DNA from: Cenococcum geophilum
Lineage: Eukaryota
Length of the DNA stretch: 64,000 bases
Direction: 5' to 3'
NCBI GenBank assembly: GCA_050273025.1
Contig: CP158635.1
Coordinates: 23,064,001 to 23,128,000, forward strand
Position 1 is the stretch's first letter, and each line of letters begins with the position of its first letter. Below, in pieces: positions 24,866 to 37,800 of this stretch. The notes beneath the pieces were generated by a model. It worked only from the letters and a program-made list of their open reading frames with translations, searched no databases and was not told the DNA's origin. A program made the position numbers and the translations under genes.

Positions 24866-26008
24866 CTACTCGTCTGCAAAGCCGCCATAATAAACCAAGG
24901 CTCTAACCTCGATACTTTCTCTTGGAACAGCATCCTCACCTGCCAATGGATTTGGAAAAGCCGTGTGCGGAACTAAAAACCATGACATTTAGTAAACCCA
25001 CTAATATACCTGGGCTTAAATGGGGAAGGTAACAAACCAGACTTAACGTCTGCTGTCGTGTCTGACTGCAGAAATACCCACGCCTCAGACGGCTGCTGAT
25101 CGGCGAGATACATCCACTCGTGCCTTGGTGAGTGGTATAGTTGCCGATTTTCTACGACGTAATCTGAGAATTTCTTAGTATACCCGGGCTTTGTGTTATG
25201 CTTATACGGTAGCGAACCTGGGTATACTAAATCACAGGGTTCCAAATCTGTCTCGGGTTTAATTGAGCGTGGATCACACATTGCTAAGGGCCAGTCCTGT
25301 ACAGGGCCTTTCAGTGGTTTCCAGACGCTTAAAACAATCTTCAGTACAATTACTGTGAGAGTTGAAGCATCAAACGTTGCACTGACTTGACACATTGAAC
25401 TCGACATTTCAATATCTCATCCGCCTGATCTCTATTCAGTTTCTGAACCATGTCCCGGGCCCACTCGGGAGTGGTATCTAGAAGAGTGATCAGTAGCTGG
25501 TATCGATATACCTGCTGATATACCGACCTACATGGGCCATCGAAGTTGGCTGGTTGTATTTGTACGGTTCTCCCGTTGAGATCGGGAAGATGGAATGGCG
25601 CTTCCGGACCTTTTCTTTGTTAATAATCATAATCATAAACAGGCCAGATGATCTGCATACTGTATGCTCAAAGATCTGAACATGTACTGCACCTAGAAAA
25701 GCACATAGGCTCTCGGCAACTTCCCGCAAATAGATGTTGATCAGCTTTTCTTCGTTGTCAAAGTCATCATAGCTCATCTGGCTTTCGAGATTCATTATTG
25801 TCAAGCCGTTCTTCTCAAAAGAGAGGGTTTTTAGTGTGGGCCTGATGTTGCGAATGGTTACATCATGTTTCTCCAATGTGATGTTGGATCTTGGGAAATT
25901 CTCAGGAGGGGTGAAGCGGAGTGAATAGGGTTTCTCCTCATTATACAAATTATTCCTTTTCAGAAAGTATACACTCGTCTGTAGTGTCCCTGTAGAAAGT
26001 GCTACCAT
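24866..26008 (-). CDS. AsaB/CmcJ-like oxidoreductase (hydroxylase/desaturase-like), multi-exon
   Basis: YNEEKPY, IRNIR, FEHTVRKR, AHVD, VWKPLKGPVQDWPLAMCD, PHTAF and RESIEVRALV motifs. Confidence 0.85.
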
Positions 26009-26189
26009 GTTGATGACTGAAGTGTTGTCAAAGGACTGCGAGACGCATTGCGATTTGAAAGTTGCAGCCTTGGGCCTTAATAGTATTTTAATACACTGTA
26101 ATATTCCGTACCGAAAAATGTCCAAGCTTCGGGTACGTGTTTCCCCATCGCATCATTCACTGAAGCCGATCTCGTCCTGCTGCGTAATG

Positions 26190-27246
26190 GAGGTGTGACT
26201 GAAGGACAGGCTGGCATCGTTTTCGGTGTCTTCCTCTCCCTCAGAGGACCATTCGGAGGCGGTGTTAATGATGCCATCGGCTAGGAACGGGCCTTCCTAA
26301 TCCAAGTACCGTTGGTGTTTATCTGCACTGTGACGACCTAGTTTCTCGTTCAAATTCCAAGAAAAAAGTCGGAAGTATCGGGCTGGGAATCACTGTCCTA
26401 GCTGCCCTACTATTGATTCAACTTGGACTCAATTCCGGAAGTACTTCAACGTGGAACTCGCCGATTGTCCACGCTCCTTGCGAACTGGAGCTGTACTCTT
26501 CGCCGCTTTTTTGTATTGGGAACTCTACTTTGCCAAAGAGCCCTCGATTCCATTGAGGCTTTTCCGCGTGCGCAATGTGCTTCTCCCCTCGTTTTATAAT
26601 TTCTTTGGCGTATGCTCCTACTTTAGCGTTTAGTTCCGTGTCCCAATCTATCTACAAGTGATGGGTCTATCAACCGTACAAAATAGCCTCCGATTCATCC
26701 CTCAAGCTGCAGCAGCAGCAATCACGCTTCTCGCTGTTGGCTTCATCGAGAAGATTACTGGGCAATACTATGTTCTAAATATCTTTGTTCAGATATTCAA
26801 CTTACTAGGAAGCAGCTTATTAGTGACACTGGGCACGTCCTCTCCATCTTGGAAACCATTTCTATATCTTGCATTCACCGGGGTATGATTTGGCGCCGCC
26901 CGGGTTACAAATTTAATGGGGACTCGCGGTGCTATTAACGATGACTACCGTGTACGAGCCATTGGTACCACCATCGGCTTAACAACTTCCACAGCAGTTT
27001 TTCAGAGTATCCTCAAAACCAATCTGCACGACGTTCTTGAAAATACACCTGGAGGCTCTGAGCTGATCAACACCCTGAGTACCGACTTCAGCGCAGTGCA
27101 GAAATTGGATTCTGAGTTGAAGCTTGGTGTCTAAGAGGCTTATATGAAGGCGTTGCACGGTGTTTATTATCTCTGCACAGCCGAATGTATTGTGGCTGCC
27201 ATCTCTAACTTGTTCATGAAGGAATACAAGATTACTGACGCTTGAA
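26190..27246 (+). pseudogene. MFS drug/amino-acid transporter (DHA2/Vba-like) pseudogene, 5'-truncated
   Basis: GPFGG.VNDAIG*ERAFLIQVP, AKEPSIPLRLF, RAIGTTIGL and AYMKALHGV. Stops at ~26282, 26339, 26631, 26886 and 27132, plus internal deletions. Confidence 0.8.
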
Positions 27247-27336
27247 TCAACATGCACCGCTCTTCTAGCTATTGCGGGTATCAAAATATTTTCCAATGCA
27301 TATCCTGTCAAAAATAGTAATTTCCGGCCTCCTTTT

Positions 27337-28520
27337 TTAATACGTTACAGCTAACCTCCTCACCAAATATTCTCCGCTATTCACACCCTCATACTTCTTC
27401 CCTGTTTCTTCATATGTTCCAGGTATGGCGTCAATGAACCTATCGAAATTTGGGTTACAGAAATACGCCACGGAATACCGCGCTGGATAGACGTCCCCGA
27501 CCTCTTGACCTTCTTTGAGCGGAGGCTCGACTACACGGTGCTTGGTGCTTTTAATGGTGTCGTTTGACCACCGTGCAAGCAGATCGCCTGCATTGATGAC
27601 AATGGTGTCTGGAATAGGGGTGGCATCTATGAAGTTACCGTTTGGAGAAAGGACTTGCAGACCACCGCGATCATCTTGGAATAGCAAAGTTATTGAGCCT
27701 ATCCTCTTCATTAGCAAGCTCTCTGATGACACGGCCCGTGACCTCATCGTCAACCCCTTTCTTGCACGCACCGTAATCCGTATGCTCCCCCGCCCTAACC
27801 TGCTCCAACCCATCCTTCCTCCTAAACACCCCCCTCTTAACCTCCGGATAATGCAGCAACCTCAGCGTATTATCCCCACCATCCGTAAACCCATCAAACC
27901 AAGCCTCCTCGATCCCCAACCCCATCGCCACGGCCCGCATAACTTGCATATGCAGGTCCTTGCAGCAGTCAAAAAATTCCAGCATAACATCCTTGAAAAC
28001 CTGGCCCTCGTCATCAAAGCAACTGGGCCACATATTCGGCAGGCCCTCCTCGCCCTCACGGCCGATCTCGAGCGACTCCTTGAGATCCGGCACGGCGGCG
28101 CGCAGGGCCTCGACGTCGCCCTTGTCGGCCAGCTGCGTGACCTTCTCGCGGCCGTGCGCCGTGTAGCCGCGGTTGGCCTCGGGGCTGTACCAGGCCAGGG
28201 CGTCCTTCTGGGGCTGGGGGCGCGCGAAGAAGGCCGCGGACGACGCGAAGACGCGCGAGACCTGCGCGCGCGGGATGCCGTGGTTTTTCAGGTAGATGAA
28301 GCCGGCTTGCTGGAAGCCGCTGAGGAGGGTGTCAGCGGTGGACTTCTTTTCGGCGGGCGTGCCGGAGAGGAAGAGAGAGAAGTCGATTAGCTGGTAGGTT
28401 GGGGTGGTTAGTGGGTGATATAGTAGACCCGACGACACAGATAGCCGAACCATGGAGCCTCCATACCGGAATGAAGAGATTGTCTTTCTCAACAGCGGAG
28501 TCGACAATTATAGGTGCCAT
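27337..28520 (-). CDS. Thymine dioxygenase (thymine 7-hydroxylase), IPNS-like 2OG-Fe(II) oxygenase, 3 exons
   Basis: LIDFS, GFIYLKNHGI, NRGY, LRLLHYP, HTDYGSITLL, KHRVV and RYSVAYFCNPN. Divergent from an IDCase gene. Confidence 0.85.
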
Positions 28521-28961
28521 TGACGCTGTGAGTTCTTTTGGAGCGCTGGAAGTAAGACTTCTGGCCGTACACTTTCTACGGAGAGATTAATGCAGTATTG
28601 AAAGATGGTAAGTTTGCAAGAGCAAAGGTGTATTCTATTGCGGCCCTTTCGCAAGATATTGCTCCTGCGAGCGTACTCTATGTGTGCGCAAGCCGCCGAA
28701 TTCCGCCGTCGAGAGGCAAGGGAGCATATTGCCAAACGAGGCAGCTAGCGATAACGGAGCTCTTATCACGGTGGGGTAAAGCTCAACATGCAGAAACATC
28801 ACCACTCCAAAGTTCATGTGCCAAGCAGCGCCCTTTACTGCAATTGAAGAAGGAAAACAGGACATGGACGACGCGTGTTATTTCTCTTCTCTCTAACTTA
28901 CTTGATTCTACTCCAGCGTGTGTCTTTACGGCTACTTCCTCTAGACTCTAAGTAGTCTACC

Positions 28962-30133
28962 ATGGTCATCGTAGACATACACACGCACATCTACCCTCCG
29001 ATTTTTGTTTCCCTTCTCCGCTCTCGCACCACTGTCCCATACATACGCACCTTCCCCGACGCGCCAGACTCCTCCCGCCTCATTATCCTCCCCGGCGAAG
29101 ATGACCCAACCACGCCCTCCACCTCTCGCGGCCGGCCTGTAGGCCCGCAATATTGGGACATCGCAGAGAAAGTGGCATTCATGGACACTCACAAGATCGA
29201 CATATCCGTAATCTCGCTTGCAAACCCATGGCTCGACTTCCTGCCCGCGGAAGAGGCAGGCGATGCGGCGAGGCAGATCAACGACGATGTGGACGGTCTG
29301 TGTGCAAAGTATCCAGGGAGGCTCTACGCATTTGGGACGCTGCCGCTCTCGGCGCCGGTCGAGACAGTAGTGAAGGAAGTAGAGAGGCTGGTAGGAATGA
29401 AGCATATGCGGGGGATCATAATGGGGACGTCGGGGCTGGGGAAGGGTTTGGATGATCCGGCGCTGGATCCGATATATGCTGCATTGGAGAAGCACGGGCA
29501 GGTCATTTTCTTGCATCCTCACTACGGACTTCCGGGGTCCGTGTACGGGCCGCGGGCAAGTGAGTATGGGCACGTGCTGCCGTTGGCGCTCGGCTTCCCG
29601 CTTGAAACGACCATTGCCGTGACGAGAATGCTACTAAGCGGAGTCTGGGATCGGTTCCAGAAACTGCAGGTGCTGATTGCACATTCAGGCGGTACTCTAC
29701 CCTTTCTCGCTGGGAGGATTGAGAGCTGTATCAAGCATGATGGGCATTTGAAAAAGGAAGGGAAGCTTAAGGGTAGGAGACCTGTGTGGGACGTGCTGAA
29801 GAAAAATATTTATCTGGACGCTGTTATATACTCCGAGGTTGGCTTGAAGGCTGCTGTGGATGCCTCTGGGTCTGATAGACTTTTATTCGGTAAAATCTGC
29901 ACTTACTGCTCCACACAGGATTTTTTCCTAATAAGTTCATACTAACCAATTCTTCTCTAGGGACTGATCACCCGTTCTTCCCGCCCCTTGAAGAACAAGC
30001 AACGGAATGGGCAAGTGTCAATACCAATTACCAAGCTATTGGAGCAGCATTTGGTGACGATGAGAAATCCATGCACGATGTACTCGGTAACAACGCTGTC
30101 ACGATACTAAATCTTGATGGGCGTCGTTCTTAA
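28962..30133 (+). CDS. Uracil-5-carboxylate (iso-orotate) decarboxylase, amidohydrolase superfamily, 2 exons
   Basis: DIHTHIYP, SRGRP, LANPWLDF, LHPHYG, LGFPLET, AHSGG and spliced FGTDHPFFPP. Confidence 0.92.
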
Positions 30134-30706
30134 AAATCGGTCGAAATTATGGTCTACGTGGTGTTCATCTGTATTCTCATATATGAGAAACGTGGTGCAG
30201 CACCGACTTCTCCGCATGTCTCTACAGGGAGTTCCAATATCTCAACCACTCAAGCCTTTTATTTTCAATTGAGCTTTACATGGATTGTGCATCTGATTTC
30301 TTCCAGCAAATACCGAAGAAAATCATCACCAGAGCGAAGTTAGATCGACACTCATGATATGGTAAATCTTGCTTTATATTTACTTTTCCCATCCAAGACA
30401 GGACCTGTCCTTGCATCAGAAATTAGAAACATATTCGCCTGTCTTTTCCGTTTGATTGGGCAAAATGCTCTTAGCCTACTCTTTCTGGACAGTCACTTAG
30501 GGGGTGGCTGCAACTAGTCTCGGCAATCCTATTATATCCCAAAGCCATCGCTAACACCAAATTTCCACAGTTTGCCATAATACATACAGGTGGGGGTTTG
30601 CAACCCTGAAAATTCTCTGGATCTGTGATCTATGAGAAAAAATCGCATTTCTGCGAACTCATTCACCGTTTAGGAACACATCGGCCTCAACTTGAGGGCT
30701 CTGACG

Positions 30707-31921
30707 ATGAAAGGAACAGACTGGACTTCGACTCGCAAAATGAGATCTATAGTTAGCAGGCGTTTCAGTCACACCGCAAAACAACCAGGTCCAAAACTCA
30801 GTTTTGATGCAATCCTAGCCAATACTCCCCTCATGTCGCTACCAATAGAATTGATACAGCAAATCAACGATTTTCTACCTCTGAGCTCTCAAGCTTGCTT
30901 TACTCTGTCATGCCATCGTCTCCACGCTATCATCGGAACGCGGTCCTGGAAAGAATTGGACACACAAGACCAATCCAAAAGACTAGAGAAAATAAACTTC
31001 CTCCGACTCCTCCGCAGGGATCTCCCAGACTCATCTCACTGGCTCTGCCACCGCTGCATCAAATTCCACCCAAAAGACTCCCTCGGCCTCCCAACCCGCG
31101 CGGGCGTCCACGAAAAGGGCAAAATAGCAGACGCCCACTCATGGTATGAGCACGAATGGAACGACACCTACTATGGCTTCCCTTTCTGCACCTCGATGTA
31201 CACCCTAGCGCACGAATTCATGCACTCAGTACTAAAACGGCACCCGATCAAAACCCCCCGCGGGACCTCGCTCGACGCGGCGTCGACATTCTACTGGCAC
31301 GGCCACGGCGGCCAAGGCGTCGGCATGGAGTACAAGCTGTTCCCGCGCGTCGCCGGCACCAAGTTCCTGCTCTTCACCAGCCACCGCTTCCACCACCCCG
31401 GCCCGAACTACCTCCCCAAGCTGCACTTCGACATCTGCCCGCACCACGGCCTGGCGCCGGACTACGCCAAGGGCGACGGCTCGCTCATGGACCGGCTGGC
31501 CGCCGGCGGCTTCACGCGCTACACCTCTCTGGCCAATGTGTGTCTGCTGTGTCGACTCGAGTTCGAGGTCAGCTTTAAGACGCTGGCGTTCGGCATGGGC
31601 GCGATGACGATCGATGTCTGGCAGGATCTGGGCAGCGCGAAGGCCGCGCCGTATTCGAGCTTCCCGCGGGTTCTGCGCTGCGGGAGGAAGCTGAAAGGGC
31701 GGGAGGAGACGGTGGCAGGCGATGCCGGTTCGTTTCAGCCGGGCAGTATTCGTATGGAGTGGGAGAATGCGCCGGTAGATAAAGTTGCGCTGCCCGGGTG
31801 GATTGAGACGACGAGGGGGCCGTTTGGGGGGAAGCATGTTGATGATGGGGGGTGGCCTGTTTGGGTGAGTTATGAGTGTGGGTCTGAAGTTTGGTTGCTG
31901 ACAAGTTTAGCGCGAGTATAA
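30707..31921 (+). CDS. F-box domain protein with Cys/His-rich region
   Basis: F-box LMSLPIELIQQINDFLPLSSQACFTLSCHRL, then CHRCIKFHP, ICPH and CLLC. Confidence 0.78.
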   Translation: MKGTDWTSTRKMRSIVSRRFSHTAKQPGPKLSFDAILANTPLMSLPIELIQQINDFLPLSSQACFTLSCHRLHAIIGTRSWKELDTQDQSKRLEKINFLRLLRRDLPDSSHWLCHRCIKFHPKDSLGLPTRAGVHEKGKIADAHSWYEHEWNDTYYGFPFCTSMYTLAHEFMHSVLKRHPIKTPRGTSLDAASTFYWHGHGGQGVGMEYKLFPRVAGTKFLLFTSHRFHHPGPNYLPKLHFDICPHHGLAPDYAKGDGSLMDRLAAGGFTRYTSLANVCLLCRLEFEVSFKTLAFGMGAMTIDVWQDLGSAKAAPYSSFPRVLRCGRKLKGREETVAGDAGSFQPGSIRMEWENAPVDKVALPGWIETTRGPFGGKHVDDGGWPVWVSYECGSEVWLLTSLARV

Positions 31922-32965
31922 TCATCCGTGAGAAGACGAGGCATTTGGGTATGGCTGTGCGTGCGGTGGCACCAACGGATTGGGTCATTAAGAACCATTT
32001 AAGAGTTTTGGAGTCTTATTAGCGGTAAAGAAAGGCCTCGAGCTGGATTGGGGTGGTTATGGGAGGTTTTGATTGCTTTATCCATGCATTTGAATTAGCG
32101 ACTATTGAGGAGTTATTGGCGTTGAGACCTATAGTGACTATGGGAGGTTTGGAGTTGGTAGAGTCGAAAAGTTGTCTTCACTCCCGGTCAAAGCTAGAAT
32201 GTATTAGCAGCAAAATAGTAGAGCATAACCACAGTAACTCAAACAGTATAAACCTGTTCTCAAGACTATCTTGATAACCTCCTTTCTAGTAAGAGAGACA
32301 AAATAACCCTAATACCCATTTGAAATCCACTAGCCAACATATCAAGCAAACCAAACACCCAGACCCCTTTAGTAATCCGCTATCGTGTCTCTTAATCTTC
32401 TGGGTTTCATCATTCAATACAGCAACTTCGCAACGCTTTGACCCTCCTGGGGTAACTGGTTCCATGAAATAGGAGTAGTACCCGCACTTAATACAAATCC
32501 ACTTGTCTCCATAGGTTTTGTGGCAGCAGTGGTGAAATTTCCAATAGTCAAAATTTGCCGGGGGTTTTTAGCCGCTTGGGCTTGGGTAGAATTTCGGCAG
32601 CGTGGTTTCGGTGTAATGAGTGGAAGGTTATTGGTATTGTTGATAATTGGGCTCGTTTGGGTATTGCTATGAGGATAGTAGTTTTATTTTCTATTGCAAT
32701 ATATTGAAACCTAGAGTGGCGATAATTTCAAGAAAGTATTGCATGCCACAAGGTCACGAGTATGCTAGTACATTTGGATCAAGCTTGATCATTCACTTTT
32801 GTCGCAGCGCACCAGGTTTCGCCCACAGTGTTTACGCGGTAATGGATGAAATTGCAGATGCTAGTAAGCTGGGGTAAGTGATTCTAGATAGGCTATGACG
32901 TAGAGCAAGAGAGCAAGTTCATCAAGCCTTCACGATAAAAGATACGAGAAGATCAATCACGATGC

Positions 32966-34670
32966 TCACCAGTCCCCCTCTCTTCCCAGAATATCCCAGC
33001 CAATCAATCTCCATACCTCTTGTTTGAACCATTCAGCCATATCCTGCTCTTCAACCTTCGGTGGGGGAGGCAACGGTCTTACCCGAACAGGCATTTTGAT
33101 GCAGTCCGCGAAGTCATCCTGGCTCTCTGCTCCGAACATGCAGTTGACAAGAGTCTGCTGAAGCCGTTCCTTTGCGTGATGAGTCAGCGTGATCTTTCCC
33201 CTCGAGGATGAGCTCTTGCTGCTTGACGAAGGCTTTCCAGAACTTGCGGCGGGTTTGATAGTCTTGTTCTTGGGCGCAGGCTGAGCTGAGAGGTGTTGTG
33301 GGGCCAGAGCCATTGCTCGCTCAAGCATGCTAATAAGAGTTGGAAGTTCAAGATGTACAGCTTTAGTTTCTAGCTCCTTTCTTGGCCCTGCCGTTGAGGA
33401 CCCGAGGTACTCTGGTGGGCTAATGTCACCCTCAATAGTAGCGCTGCGTTCGCGATCGAATGTGCAAACGAAGAGGCGTTTACCTACTCGTTCGAGGAGG
33501 ACGAACATGAAACCTTCAAACAATGTCCTATGCAGAGAATCTCTGCAGTCAAGATAGGAGAGAATGGCGTTTAGGAGTTGAGAGATGCTTCGAGCCATGT
33601 TCTCACCCTTCCCGGGCTTCGATACTTTGCCGCGACCTTTGCTTGCGACTTCAGATCTCAATTCCTTAGACAGGGCCGTGCTTTGCCTCGCACTGTCGAG
33701 AGCCGATTCAGTGATGCTATTGAGAATAGCACGAAACATGCTGATACATTCATAGATGACCAAACCGGATCGGTGACATTGATCTCCCTCTTTTGAGAGC
33801 CTGGATAAACCAAGAAGAAGTGAGGCGAATGCGCGGGCGGAAGCTTGTATGACTGGTGCTGATTCAGTGCTCTCTTTAGCCTGAGAGTTGATCGACAAAG
33901 GATGTGTCTGCTTCACACCAATGGCCATAGTCGAGGAGTATCGGTATCGTCGCTTGCAGTACGTTGATATGACTGAGCTAATAGCACGTGAAGTTTGCAC
34001 GAGGCCATAGCAAAGTGCATCTGGATCAGGTTTAGACTGCTTGAACAGCATATGAATGATGTACAAGCTTTGGACAAGTGTGGTTCCATCTTACGTTTTG
34101 TTAGTGATGTTATATTTAGAGCTGGAACGCCTTACATTTTCCTACATTGTCGAGCGTATTAAAATCCTCCGAAAACGAGTCATGAGTTACTAGAGCGCTC
34201 TCTGCAGCAGAATCTTTGTTCATCTTTGCTCGCTTGGTTGGCTTGGAAGCCATTGAATCCCGTCCAGAGTCTCTTTTACGCTTCGAGGAGCCTTCTGTAC
34301 TTAGTTGACCATGCAGAAGATCTCTCTCCCGTTCGACACGAGCAATCTGTGCTAGAAGCTCAATACGAGATGCCTCAGCTTGCTCGTACTGATCTCGCCA
34401 GAACGCGGCACTGTTAAGATTTCGATGCTCAGACTCCTTGGTATCACGCTGCCTGCCAGTCCTTAAATGGGTTCGAAGTCGGAAAATGAACTCTGGAATA
34501 TATTAACATCATCGCCTGGCCCATTTTGGACTGAGAGAATGGTGTAACTTGCCTTTCAGCGAGACACCATCTGGCTTTGATCGACCCACAGCAAGTGCAA
34601 GCGCAATCTGCAAGGGTGAAGGAGCTTTGAAGGATGTCTTGTCTGTCTTTGAGATGGTTGTAGGAGCCAT
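32966..34670 (-). CDS. Conserved-looking fungal hypothetical protein, multi-exon
   Basis: 366-aa last-exon ORF ending WFKQEVWRLIGWDIL. Upstream exons start at MAPTT...QIALALAV, with GT-AG introns. Confidence 0.65.
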
Positions 34671-34959
34671 TGAATTTGGAAGTGTTGGAAGTGCTACGTG
34701 TATAGTTGGAAAGTGAGGAAGATGGGAAATTTCTTGTGATGTCTGAAGTTCGTTATCGGAAAATTGAGAAAAACACCACATCGCAGATATATCCAACCGA
34801 CTCGGCGAAAGCTCAGTAGTCTCCTTTAGAGCATATGAACATTCCTTCAATATATCATACATTTAAAATGAGCTTGCAGATAGTAAAATTCTCTACTCAC
34901 GTTCCCCTGCATACAGTCATTGGATATATAATACAACATGATACAGGCTCCATATTCCT

Positions 34960-36315
34960 CTACCGGTATCTCTTGGGATCCTTCTTCTTATACGGCAATG
35001 GCTCGACACGTTTTCTCTTGAATTCAATGTTCGCTTGGTCTCCGAGTCCCGCCCGACTCATAACGCCGGCCATTCCTTCATCCCATTGGGTCCTAAACAT
35101 GGTGACGCCCACGGGTTTCAATTGATGCTTGTCGATAAAGCCACGCAGAATGAACCCGTCTCTCTTCGTCTTCTCCGCCAATTTCGCGGTGTCAATGGTC
35201 TTTCCCTCCGCCTGTTGCAATACAAATACGGCTAGACGATGATAAGGGCTGCCTTTATTGGCATAAGGAGGTAGCCATGGCAGAGCAATATATTTCTGAG
35301 TTGCTCCCTGCGAACCTTGTACTTTCCTGTCGAGCTGATTCAAGGGAATCGAGGTTGACGTAGGCGAAATTGGGATGTTGGAAGCGATGAAGTGACAACG
35401 GTATGTAAAGTCATTCTTCTCAAGAACAGGAACGTCCGCATCCACCACCACCACCGTCACAAGCCTCTCACCTTTGTCGAAGACTTGTACTTTGAGCCTC
35501 GGAAGTATTTCGCTGACTCGCGAGTCCACAAAATCTCCAGGCTGGACATTGCGGCGGCCGAATGCGAGATTGACCTCCGCAATCGGATCAATTTTTGGTA
35601 GAATGTCGGGCATTACATTCATTTGGGTTATCCGCTGCATTAAGACAAGTCGTTTGTACCGGCGCCATTGTTTGTCCGCAAGGTAGCGGTAGATGGGCTT
35701 ATTCATGTCTCCTGTGTTCAAGATTCATTAGCAACCGCTCAAGTTGTCGATTACGTATTGAGACAATTTCATACCCTCTCCATCCTCGTGTCTCTTTTTG
35801 ACCATCGGGTCATTGATATCCGCCAGGATCTTCAGCTCCTCCATATAATTACGCATGCTGCGGAGCCTTGCTTCCTTAGCCTTTTCACCGCCACTGACCG
35901 CCGCATTCTGGGCTTGTACGTTTGCTATCCTAGAGCGCATGGCATCTATTTGCTTGATTTTCTCCTCCCGATCTACCTGGAGGACTTTCCGAGCTTCCTG
36001 GAAGCATTGATAGGGTAGCTGTTCGAAGGGTATCCCAGAAGAGGTTTGAAGGGCGGCACGACGTCTCCGAGATCCAATTGGCAGAACTCCAGTAGTTCGA
36101 ATCAAGCGCCTTTCATCTCTGCGGTTGGACACAAGGGAAGGATCGAGTTCAGGGAATTTGGGACTTTGTTTGACTTGGGCCTGTTCGGAAGAGGGTGTGC
36201 TTGAGGAGAAGAGGCGGCTCGGAGCTCCTGTAAGACAGGCATTGCTGTTGGTGTTTTGTCGAATACATCGTAAACAGGTATGTAAAGGCAGGACTGCCCT
36301 CCTGCCGGCGGCCAT
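34960..36315 (-). CDS. MRPL35: Mitochondrial large-subunit ribosomal protein mL38 (PEBP-like), 2 exons
   Basis: [33 protein letters not shown] and KGSPYHRL; N-terminal targeting-like sequence. Confidence 0.95.
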
Positions 36316-36470
36316 TGTCTTGTATGGCGTTAGGGTGGTGTCGAAGAGGTGGTGTCGAACATCAGATGAAATCCTTAGCGAACTTTTTTTCGAGCCGCAT
36401 CAACCTCCGCAACACCCTCACCAGTACCTCCATCATTAGCACCTCTATTCCTTCGATTACGACGTTCGCA

Positions 36471-37442
36471 ATGGCCTCAAAAGGGTTATCGAGCTCATTA
36501 CGAGGCATAATATCCCAATTAAGTAGGACGACTATTACACATGATGCAGCTACTGTACGCCACATTTTCCTCAAGCTCTTGTACCCAAACTAACACTCTA
36601 TCTAGAAAGTCCTCCCTTCTCAAATCACCCGTTCGATAACCACCGAGACCGCCCCCCCAACTCCCGATCTCGCCCAGGCATACTCATCCTCCAACCTCAC
36701 CACCTCCGTGGCCGCACCTTTGGCTTCCTCACCCTCCCCCATCGGCCCACAATCAGTTCTCGCAACAATCTACTCCTTCCCAGCCCTCGAGCCTCTCCGC
36801 TTCCAATCCTACCCCTCAAGCCACCTCTACCTCCCAACCCGGCGCGACATCCTCCACCGCGCCGTCATCTACGAAGGCGACATGACGCGGCAGGGGACGG
36901 CGTCGACGAAATGGCGCCGCGAAGTGCACGGCAGCACGCGCAAAATCCGGCCGCAAAAAGGGACCGGCCGCGCGCGTCTCGGCGACAAGAAGTCGCCCAT
37001 GCTGCGGGGCGGTGGCGTCGCGTTCGGGCCCAAACCGCGCGACTTTAGCACCAGGCTGCCGCGGAAGATGTACGACCAAGCGTGGCGGACTGCGCTGAGT
37101 TACCGGTATCGGAAGGGCGAGCTGATCATTGTGGATGAGTCGCTGGAGATTGAGGATCCGAGTCCGCGGTATGCGAAGGAGATTTTTGCGGCGCATGGGT
37201 GGGGGAATGCGCATGGGCGGAGTTTGCTTGTTACGGAGGGGGAGCCGGAGGAGAGGGAGTGCTTGTTCAAAGCAATGGATGGCATGGGTGAAGATGGGAG
37301 GGTGTTAAATTGGGAGGATGTTGATGTGAAGGATCTGCTGGAGTTGGGCAGGATAGTTGTGGAAAGGGGAGCTTTGGAGAGAATTTTGGAGGAGCATCAA
37401 AGTGATTTGACGAAGACAAGAAGGATAAATGGGATATCATAG
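36471..37442 (+). CDS. YML6: Mitochondrial large-subunit ribosomal protein uL4m, 2 exons
   Basis: RRDILHRAV, RQGTASTK, QKGTGRARLG and GGGVAFGPKPRDF. Confidence 0.95.
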
Positions 37443-37800
37443 GAGGGAAGATCTAATGTGCAACATGCAGATGTCATTAAGAACATTAGGGAGGGCGTAT
37501 CTGGTGTACAATTACAGTGTATACCTATATGTTTGTAAATACTAGTTGACATCTTCTGATCAACCAAAAGGCCACTTTCATCCTCAAATCTAACTTCCTC
37601 ATAGCTTAATTGACTATCTCATATCCGGGTCTTGAAACGTTTCTAATGATTAGACGTTCCAAGCGGTATAGTTATCCAGCTAGTCGGGAACAAGGATACT
37701 TGGTGGTGGAATATTCGAATCCTTTGGCTAACACTCTAAGCTCCAGTCCAGTAACCTATAGCTGGCATATTCCTCACCAGTCCTATGATATAGCCTTCGT

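Noticed and set aside
12300..27300. Starship or other giant element carrying the accessory block
   Set aside because: No tyrosine-recombinase captain, boundary repeats or typical auxiliary genes were seen.
27515..28390. Long antisense ORFs (also 28941-29573, 31232-31837, 37610-38356 and 40080-40886)
   Set aside because: They are shadows of GC-rich codon usage on the opposite strand of well-supported genes.
27337..30133. T7H/IDCase as a TET-like DNA demethylation system acting on the nearby TE block
   Set aside because: The chemistry is analogous, but these enzymes are known to act on free bases. No DNA-binding domain is visible, and proximity alone is not evidence.
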